A stretch of 13,809 nt of DNA from Promethearchaeota archaeon. Lineage in GTDB: Archaea > Asgardarchaeota > Lokiarchaeia > Sigyniarchaeales > SOKP01. The stretch covers positions 1 to 13,809 of the forward strand of contig JBHLNT010000111.1 in the NCBI GenBank assembly GCA_048941265.1, given 5' to 3'. Position numbers and translations under genes: made by a program. Numbering within the stretch: position 1 is the stretch's first letter; each line of letters starts with the position of its first letter. Positions 6,992 to 13,809 of this stretch are shown piece after piece. The notes under the pieces are model-generated. The model did no database searches and had not been told where the DNA came from. It saw only the letters and a program-made list of their open reading frames with translations.

Positions 6992-7843
6992 TTATTTTAA
7001 AAGATCAGGGACTTCCCAAGGTAACTCCGCAATTAAAGCTCCAGCGTTCTTTAATGCGTTTATTTTACCTTGCGCAGTACCAAAATCTCCGGAAATAATT
7101 GCTCCAGCATGACCCATCCTTTTTCCTTCTGGTGCGCTTTTTCCGGCAATATAAGCAATAACGGGTTTATTTACATTATCTTTAATAAATTGAGCAGTTT
7201 TTTCCTCTTCATCACTTCCTATTTCTCCAATAAGAACAATTTTTTTAGTATTAGGGTCATTAGAAAAATATTCCACTGCTTCAATCATAGTTTTTCCTCT
7301 AATAGGATCTCCGCCAATACCAACATAGGCCGAAACTCCGATTCCTGCATTACCAATTGCTTTAGTGATTTCATAGGAAAGAGTACCACTTTTTGAAATC
7401 ACTGCTACACCGCCGTAATGACACATATCACTTGGCATTATTCCTAGCTTTATTTTATCTGGTATCATCATTCCTGGACAATTTGGACCAAGAAGATGTT
7501 TATTTCTTTCTTGGGCCATTTCAATTAGTCTCAACATATCAAAAACAGGAACGTTTTCTGTGATAATGCAAGTCATCATAATACCCGCCATTAAACTTTC
7601 CTTAACAGCACCAAATGTAAATTTAGCTGGCACGAACACAATGCTAGTGTCGCATTTTGTTTCTTGAACAGCTTCTTTAACAGTATTAAAAACAGGAACT
7701 TCATGAACTACTTGCCCTCCTTTTTTTGGCGTAACTCCCGCAACAATATTAGTTCCATAATCTAACATTATTTTAGTATGAAAAGCCCCTTGATTTCCAG
7801 TTATACCTTGAACAACTACTTTGGAAGTTTCACTAATATACAT
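6992..7843 (-). CDS. sucD: Succinyl-CoA synthetase subunit alpha
   Basis: VVVQGITG, GVTP, GPNCPG, SKSGTL, GIGGD, IGEIG and phospho-His motif RMGHAGA. ATG 7843 follows the SD GGTGG, so it is preferred over GTG 7852. Confidence 0.97.
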   Translation of the reverse strand: MYISETSKVVVQGITGNQGAFHTKIMLDYGTNIVAGVTPKKGGQVVHEVPVFNTVKEAVQETKCDTSIVFVPAKFTFGAVKESLMAGIMMTCIITENVPVFDMLRLIEMAQERNKHLLGPNCPGMMIPDKIKLGIMPSDMCHYGGVAVISKSGTLSYEITKAIGNAGIGVSAYVGIGGDPIRGKTMIEAVEYFSNDPNTKKIVLIGEIGSDEEEKTAQFIKDNVNKPVIAYIAGKSAPEGKRMGHAGAIISGDFGTAQGKINALKNAGALIAELPWEVPDLLK

Positions 7844-7844
7844 A

Positions 7845-8969
7845 TTATCCACCTAAGACCTCCTTTACTTTATTGACTGCTTCCATTACATCTTTGAATG
7901 CATTAATACCCTCATTTTTAAGTAATTCTATTCCTTCTTTTTCATTTGTGCCAGTTAATCGGATAACCATAGGTGGAGCATTAGTAAAGTCTTTTGAAGC
8001 TTGAATTATGGCCTCTGCAACAATATCACATCGCGTTATTCCTCCAAAAATATTAATTAAGACGCACTTAGGTCTCAACTTAAAAATTAACTCAAGTGCT
8101 CTATAAATCCGTTCTTTGTTGGCACCACCACCAACATCTAAAAAATTTGCGGGACTTAATCCTATCTGAGATAATACATCTAAAAGAGCCATAGTTAATC
8201 CTGCACCATTTGCTAAAATACCAATATCTCCATCTAATTCGACGAATGAAAAACCAGCATCTTTCGCTAATTTCTCTAAATCAGAGAGTTTTTTTTCTTC
8301 TAATTCTTGAATTAATGGTTGGCGAAATGCAGCATCATCATCTAAAATCATCTTCCCATCCACAGCGATTAAACCTGAGGGAGTCAAGACTAAGGGATTA
8401 ATCTCAACTAATTGGGCTTCTGTCTTAATTGTGATTTCCCATAACTTTAAAAAAATTTCTATAACAGAATTTAATAACTGATTAGCAAATCCCAATTGTT
8501 CCGCAACTTTTTGAGCAAGTTCTTTAGTTAATCCCTTTTTAAATGAAAAGCTCTCTTTAATTATATTTTCGGGATGGGTTGCAGCGACTTCTTCGATATC
8601 AATCCCTCCCTCCTTGCTCGCTATTAAAAAAAATTGCCTACCAGAAGCATCCAAAGCAATCGAACAATAATATTCATGCAAAATTGTTGCTAATTCCTCA
8701 ATTAAAATAGCTTCTACTCTAAAACCTCCTATCTTTTTTTCAAAGAATTCTTTACATAAAGAGGTTGCCTCTTGAATATTTTGAGCAATTTTAATTAAAC
8801 CTGCTTTTTTTCTACTTCCAATAGCAATTTGGGACTTAATTATAGCAGGGAAGTTGAAATTCCTGACTTTTTCTTGAATATCTTCTTTGTTATTAATTAT
8901 CATATTTTTTGCAAGTGGAAGACCAAATTTGGCAAAAACTTCTTTGCTTTCATATTCGAGTAAGCGAAT
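7845..8969 (-). CDS. sucC: Succinyl-CoA synthetase subunit beta; probable ATT start at 8969 (374 aa)
   Basis: EGGIDIEE, EINPL, NGAGL, PANFLDVGGG, NIFGGITRCD, RLTGTN. The frame extends 22 codons upstream of ATG 8903 and encodes the conserved N-terminus (I/M)RLLEYESKEVFAKFGLP. Confidence 0.95.
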   Translation of the reverse strand: MRLLEYESKEVFAKFGLPLAKNMIINNKEDIQEKVRNFNFPAIIKSQIAIGSRKKAGLIKIAQNIQEATSLCKEFFEKKIGGFRVEAILIEELATILHEYYCSIALDASGRQFFLIASKEGGIDIEEVAATHPENIIKESFSFKKGLTKELAQKVAEQLGFANQLLNSVIEIFLKLWEITIKTEAQLVEINPLVLTPSGLIAVDGKMILDDDAAFRQPLIQELEEKKLSDLEKLAKDAGFSFVELDGDIGILANGAGLTMALLDVLSQIGLSPANFLDVGGGANKERIYRALELIFKLRPKCVLINIFGGITRCDIVAEAIIQASKDFTNAPPMVIRLTGTNEKEGIELLKNEGINAFKDVMEAVNKVKEVLGG

Positions 8970-8976
8970 TTATTAG

Positions 8977-8983
8977 CCACCTT
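8977..8983 (-). promoter_or_regulatory. Shine-Dalgarno site for sucC
   Basis: AAGGTGG on the - strand, 7 nt upstream of ATT 8969. Confidence 0.7.
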
Positions 8984-9191
8984 GATTCGGAATTAAATAT
9001 AAAATTTCTATGTTTCTTAATAAACCTTATTCTAATAATCTATAATTTATCCATTCCTATAAAGGCGTATTTATATTTCATTAACAAAGCCTTTTTAATC
9101 CCGTCTATCCCAACTTATATAAAAAGAACTTAAAACAAAAATAGAATGATATGTGTCAAAAAAACAAATATAGTTATATTAAATTTAAAAT

Positions 9192-9197
9192 AGGAGG
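9192..9197 (+). promoter_or_regulatory. Shine-Dalgarno site for korA
   Basis: AGGAGG 8 nt upstream of TTG 9206. Confidence 0.75.
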
Positions 9198-9205
9198 ATT
9201 AGAAT

Positions 9206-10921
9206 TTGAATAATGATTTTTCTATAGTTCTTTGTGGAGCCGCTGGTCAAGGTATTCAAACAGTTGAAAGTTTACTTACTAAAACATTAAAAAGCTCTGG
9301 TTTTCATGTGTTCGCCACGAGGGAATATATGTCAAGAGTTCGAGGAGGGGTCAATTCCACTTCCATCCGTGTCTCGTCCAGACAAGTACGGGCTTTTATA
9401 GAACGAGTCGATATATTAATTCCCCTTAGTGAAGAGGCAATTCCCCATTTAAGAAGAAGAATTTTTCCTCAAACAATGATTTTAGGTGAAAGCAAATTCA
9501 TTCAAACGGGGAGCGACATTGAATGTGAGAAAGTGGAAATCGCATTTGAAGAAATTGCTATAGGTCTAGGTAGAAAAATTTTTGCTAATATTATTTCTTT
9601 AGGTGTTATTTGTGGAATTTTAAATGCGGATAGAAAAATCCTTCACGCTGCTCTTAACAAAAACTTTAAAAGTAAAGGACAAGTTATTGTCGATGAAAAT
9701 ATTAAAGCAGCCGATAAGGGATATGAAATTGCCGGAGAATTAATAACAAATAATAAATTAAAAAGAGAATTTTTAGTGAAAAGGAATTTTGATGTAGTAA
9801 ATGATTATATCATTGATGGAAGAGAAGCAGTGGCTCTAGGAGCCATAGCAGGAGGAGCTAATTATGTCACATTTTATCCCATGGCACCCTCTACAGGGGT
9901 AGGGACCTTTCTTGCCCAGCATGGTTTAGATTTTTCCATCATAGTTGATCAGTCGGAGGATGAGATCAGTGTCATAAATAAAGCATTAGGAGCTTCTTAT
10001 ACCGGAGCACGTTCATTTGTGTCCACATCAGGCGGAGGTTTTTCTTTGATGTGCGAGGGTGTAAGTTTAGCTGGAATGATGGAATTACCAATAGTAATAC
10101 TTGTTGGTCAAAGACCTGGTCCGGCAACAGGAATGCCTACTCGTACTTCACAGGAGGACCTCGAACTGGTTCTTTATGCGGGAGCAGGTTATTTCCCTAG
10201 AATTATTTTTGCTCCAGGAACAATTGAAGATGCCTTTAAACTTACTCAAAATGCTTTTAATTTAACCCAGAAATATCAGGTACCAGTTTTTATTTTATCT
10301 GACCAATATCTCATTGATTCGTATTATAATATACCATCTTTAGATCATGAGACTTTAGAAATTAAAAAATATTTTGTACAAAACGATGAGTATTATGAAC
10401 GATATAGATTCACCGAAAACGGTATCTCTCCTTTCAGTGTTCCGGGATACGGAACTGGATTAGTAGATGCGGATAGTCATACTCATACGGAAGAGGGAGA
10501 TATTACAGAAGACCCTATCATAAGGAATAAAACAGTCGAAAAAAGGTTTAAAAAACTCGATCTTATAAAAAAAGTAGTGATACCCCCTGAACTTATTGGG
10601 AATAATGATTATGAATTTTTAATTATTGGTTGGGGAAGTAATTATTATTTAATTAAAGAAGCTTTAGAAAATTTAAACCAAGATAATGTAGCATTTTTAC
10701 ATTTTAAACAAGTATATCCTTTGCATTCAAGTGTTAATGATTATGTTAGAAAAGCAAAAAAGATTATAGCAATCGAAAATAATCCAACGGGGCAATTTGG
10801 GAAGTTAGTAGAATTAGAAACTCACATAAAAATTGATAGATTTATATTAAAATATAGTGGTTATGTATTCTCTGTGGAAGAATTGTACCAAAAATTAAAA
10901 AAAATTATCGTGGGTGATTAA
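9206..10921 (+). CDS. korA: 2-oxoacid:ferredoxin oxidoreductase subunit alpha (gamma-alpha fusion), likely 2-oxoglutarate-specific by context
   Basis: GAAGQGI, SRVRGG, YPMAP (YPITP-equivalent), QSEDE, TSGGGFSLM, QRPGPATGMPT, IGWGS, ENN..GQ. TTG start. Confidence 0.93.
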   Translation: MNNDFSIVLCGAAGQGIQTVESLLTKTLKSSGFHVFATREYMSRVRGGVNSTSIRVSSRQVRAFIERVDILIPLSEEAIPHLRRRIFPQTMILGESKFIQTGSDIECEKVEIAFEEIAIGLGRKIFANIISLGVICGILNADRKILHAALNKNFKSKGQVIVDENIKAADKGYEIAGELITNNKLKREFLVKRNFDVVNDYIIDGREAVALGAIAGGANYVTFYPMAPSTGVGTFLAQHGLDFSIIVDQSEDEISVINKALGASYTGARSFVSTSGGGFSLMCEGVSLAGMMELPIVILVGQRPGPATGMPTRTSQEDLELVLYAGAGYFPRIIFAPGTIEDAFKLTQNAFNLTQKYQVPVFILSDQYLIDSYYNIPSLDHETLEIKKYFVQNDEYYERYRFTENGISPFSVPGYGTGLVDADSHTHTEEGDITEDPIIRNKTVEKRFKKLDLIKKVVIPPELIGNNDYEFLIIGWGSNYYLIKEALENLNQDNVAFLHFKQVYPLHSSVNDYVRKAKKIIAIENNPTGQFGKLVELETHIKIDRFILKYSGYVFSVEELYQKLKKIIVGD

Positions 10922-11780
10922 GATTTCTAAAACAGAATTTGATAAGGATATTGAGATACATTGGTGCCCGGGATGTGGAAATTATATCGCACTAAGAATA
11001 TTGAAAGAATCATTGACCGAATTAGGGATAAAACCTCATGAATTTGCTTTAATTTCGGGAATAGGGCAAGCAGGTAAGTTTCCTCATTTCATGAAATCCC
11101 AGAGCTTTAATGGATTGCACGGTCGTTATTTATCTAATGCTCTTGGAGCCAAAGCTGCCAATCCAGAACTTACAGTTATAGCCATTAGTGGAGATGGGTG
11201 TACATTTAGTGAGGGAGGTAATCACTTTTTGCATACTATTCGTTATAATCCTGATATTGTAAATATTGTTCATAATAATCAAGTCTATGGCCTAACAAAG
11301 GGGCAAGCTTCTGCTACTAGCCAAATTGGTTTTATCACAAAAGTACAAGTAAAAGGGGTTTATAACCAGCCGTTTAATGCCCCAGCAATCGCAATTTCTC
11401 TTGATGCTTCCTTTGTAGCTCGTGCTTTTGTGGGTGATATCGAGCAAACTAAAGAAGTTCTTAAAAAAGCCATCAAACATAAAGGATATGCATTAATAGA
11501 TCTTTTCTGTCCATGCGTATCTTTTAATCATGTCAACACTTACGAGTGGTATAAGCAAAATACTTATTATTTAGATGATTCTCACAATCCATATGACCAA
11601 AATGAAGCAATTGAAAAAGCATTAGAAACAAAGAAATTCCCTTTAGGAATCTTATATCTCAACCATAATAAAAGAACTTATGAAGAAAACGTTGGTATTT
11701 ATGATAAAGACAACACACCACTTTACAAAAGGGAATTAAATAAAACAATATTTAATGCATTATTAGACACATTTCGCTAA
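10914..11780 (+). CDS. korB: 2-oxoacid:ferredoxin oxidoreductase subunit beta (TPP-binding); start is GTG 10914 or ATT 10923
   Basis: WCPGCG, SGIG, LHGR, GDG...NN TPP motif, YGLTKGQAS, CPCVSFN. Confidence 0.94.
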   Translation: MIKISKTEFDKDIEIHWCPGCGNYIALRILKESLTELGIKPHEFALISGIGQAGKFPHFMKSQSFNGLHGRYLSNALGAKAANPELTVIAISGDGCTFSEGGNHFLHTIRYNPDIVNIVHNNQVYGLTKGQASATSQIGFITKVQVKGVYNQPFNAPAIAISLDASFVARAFVGDIEQTKEVLKKAIKHKGYALIDLFCPCVSFNHVNTYEWYKQNTYYLDDSHNPYDQNEAIEKALETKKFPLGILYLNHNKRTYEENVGIYDKDNTPLYKRELNKTIFNALLDTFR

Positions 11781-11838
11781 TTTATATTATTCATAAAAAT
11801 ATTTAATAAACTAAAACGAATAAAATAATAGGATTTTT

Positions 11839-13551
11839 ATGAAAATTGAAGAATTTGAAGTAATTATTGTAGGTGCGGGACTTAGTGGTCTTAGAGCTGG
11901 TCTGGAATTATCGACTAAATGGAATGTAGCCATCATTAGCAAAGTATATCCTGTGCGGAGTCATTCAGGAGCAGCTCAAGGAGGGATTAATGCGGCATTA
12001 GGTAATTTAGAAATTAGTAAGGATGATACTCCAAAAGGACATGCATTTGATACGGTTAAAGGATCAGATTATCTAGCTGATCAAAACGTGGTAATGTTTA
12101 TGTGCGAAGAAGCTCCTAAAATTGTTATCGAATTTGAAAGTATGGGGGCTCCATTTTCCAGATTAGATTCTGGATTAATTGCCCAGAGACCATTTGGAGG
12201 GGCTGGCTATCCACGTACTTGCTATGCAGGAGATCGTACTGGTCACGCATTATTACATACTTTATATGAACAGTGTGTAAGAAATAGCGTTAAATTTTTC
12301 GATGAATATTTCTTGATTGACCTTATTGTTGTTGAGAATAAAGTTGCTGGAGCAATCTGTCTTAATATTGCCAGTGGAGAACTTGTGATATTTCGGTCAT
12401 CATATGTTATTCTTGCAACTGGAGGATTTGGGCGGATATTTAATAGATCTACGAATGCAATCATCAATACCGGAGATGGAAATGGCGCAGCTTTCAGAGC
12501 GGGAGTTCCTATGCAGGATTGTGAATTTGTACAATTCCATCCTACAACTCTATACGGGACAAATATTTTAATTACTGAAGGAGCACGCGGCGAAGGGGGG
12601 CTTTTATATAACAATGAAGGTGAGCGATTTATGAGCAAAACCGCTCCTAAAGCAATGGAACTTGCCCCCCGTGATATGGTAGCGAGGGCAATCGACATAG
12701 AAATCATGGAAGGACGTGGTTTCGAAAATGGATATGTTAATTTGGACCTTACTCATCTAGGTGCAGAAAAAATAAATGAAAGGCTACCCGGGATTAGAGA
12801 GATAAGTATTTTTTTCGCGGGAATAGATCCAATTGAGGAGCCAATCCCCGTACAACCTGGTCAACATTATAGTATGGGAGGTATAGCTACAAAATATAAA
12901 GGAGATTTTGGTGAAACAGATTTGTCTGGGCTTTGGGTTGTTGGTGAATGTTCATGCCTCTCTGTTCACGGAGCAAATCGTTTAGGGGGTAATTCATTGT
13001 TAGAAACTTCAGTATTTGGAAGGGCCATTGGCAGAAAGTTACTGGAAAAAGGGTTACCCTCAAAACCATCACCAAATATCAGAAAGTATGTTGAAAATAA
13101 ATTATTAAAGGAAACTGAAGATTTATTTAAAAAATGGGAAAATAGCACTGGTAAAAAACCTGTTGTAATAAGACAGGCCATGGGAGGAATTATGAATCAA
13201 TATGTTGGAGTTTTTCGAAAACAAGATGAACTTGAAAACGCGTATGAGGATCTTAAAAGATTACAAAAAGATTTTCTAGATATACATGTTATAACGTCAG
13301 ATCGCAAATTTAATTACGGTCTTATTCGCACTTTGGAACTTAGAAATATGTTAGATATTGCAGAAGTAACTGCTTATGCAGCTTTGATGAGGAAAGAAAG
13401 TAGGGGGGCACATTACCGCTGGGATTATCCTGATCGTGATGATGAGAACTTTCTTTGGCACTCTTTAGTTAATAGAACTAAAGATGGTTTAAAGTTGATG
13501 CAAAAACCTGTTATATTAGGAATATTTGAAGTAAAGGAGCGTGCATATTAA
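11839..13551 (+). CDS. sdhA: Succinate dehydrogenase/fumarate reductase flavoprotein subunit
   Basis: GAGLSG, covalent-FAD His motif RSHSGAAQGG, QFHPT, TEGARGEG, LAPRD, HYSMGG, HGANRLGGNSL, ESRGAH, C-terminal ERAY. Confidence 0.97.
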   Translation: MKIEEFEVIIVGAGLSGLRAGLELSTKWNVAIISKVYPVRSHSGAAQGGINAALGNLEISKDDTPKGHAFDTVKGSDYLADQNVVMFMCEEAPKIVIEFESMGAPFSRLDSGLIAQRPFGGAGYPRTCYAGDRTGHALLHTLYEQCVRNSVKFFDEYFLIDLIVVENKVAGAICLNIASGELVIFRSSYVILATGGFGRIFNRSTNAIINTGDGNGAAFRAGVPMQDCEFVQFHPTTLYGTNILITEGARGEGGLLYNNEGERFMSKTAPKAMELAPRDMVARAIDIEIMEGRGFENGYVNLDLTHLGAEKINERLPGIREISIFFAGIDPIEEPIPVQPGQHYSMGGIATKYKGDFGETDLSGLWVVGECSCLSVHGANRLGGNSLLETSVFGRAIGRKLLEKGLPSKPSPNIRKYVENKLLKETEDLFKKWENSTGKKPVVIRQAMGGIMNQYVGVFRKQDELENAYEDLKRLQKDFLDIHVITSDRKFNYGLIRTLELRNMLDIAEVTAYAALMRKESRGAHYRWDYPDRDDENFLWHSLVNRTKDGLKLMQKPVILGIFEVKERAY

Positions 13552-13552
13552 A

Positions 13553-13809
13553 ATGACAAAAAATATTAAATTATTAGTTTATAGAAATCCTGGAAATGGA
13601 GATATACGTTATGAAAGGTATGAAATTCCAATATCTAAAGGAATGAGTGTCCTTGAAGCATTGTTTTTTATACAGGATCATTATGATTCTACACTTGCTT
13701 TTAGATATGCTTGTAGAGGAGCAATATGTGGTTCTTGTGGAATGACAATAGATAAAGTTCCCATGCTAGCGTGTAGAGTGCAAGTATCTAATTTTAAAAC
13801 AACAAAAAA
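13553..13809 (+). CDS. sdhB: Succinate dehydrogenase/fumarate reductase Fe-S subunit, 3' truncated (absent from the ORF track)
   Basis: Manual translation from ATG 13553 gives MTKNIKLLVYRNPG...MSVLEALFFIQDHYDSTLAFRYACRGAICGSCGMTIDKVPMLACRVQ, which contains the [2Fe-2S] motif. Confidence 0.95.
   Translation, partial: MTKNIKLLVYRNPGNGDIRYERYEIPISKGMSVLEALFFIQDHYDSTLAFRYACRGAICGSCGMTIDKVPMLACRVQVSNFKTTK

Noticed and set aside
7070-8401. ORFs 7070-7396(+) and 8210-8401(+)
   Set aside because: Antisense shadows of sucD and sucC.
8900-8980. Out-of-frame minus-strand mini-ORF (GTG 8980 or ATG 8953 to TGA 8900) as a leader peptide or frameshift explanation for sucC
   Set aside because: Its GTG is part of the SD. 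The conserved SucC N-terminus is already continuous in the main frame, so no frameshift is needed.
8909-9133. 74-aa plus-strand ORF
   Set aside because: It overlaps the true sucC 5' end and the AT-rich divergent promoter. Its hydrophobicity reflects base composition.
11292-13181. Minus-strand ORFs 11292-11480, 12243-12707, 12887-13075 and 12966-13181
   Set aside because: Antisense shadows of korB and sdhA.

Overview
AT-rich window with no rRNA, tRNA, CRISPR array or mobile element. Gene content suggests an Asgard archaeon, probably Lokiarchaeia (inference). There are three blocks. (1) 1-3792 is a signalling-like block: a CPBP/CAAX protease (5' truncated), a glutaredoxin-like protein, a 7-TM protein with a C-terminal RING-like zinc finger, a fusion of a FLCN/SMCR8/C9orf72-like longin domain to a degenerate Arf-like GTPase, and a HEAT-repeat protein. 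(2) 3851-6904 is a thiol/Fe-S redox block: glutaredoxin, ferredoxin:thioredoxin reductase catalytic subunit, a small ORF and two tandem CCG-domain paralogs. (3) 6992-13809 is a TCA segment, with sucCD divergent from korAB-sdhA-sdhB (sdhB 3' truncated). Two observations stand out. The longin domain keeps the arginine-finger motif of eukaryotic longin GAPs while fused to a GTPase fold. sucC, and probably korB, appears to start at a non-canonical ATT codon.
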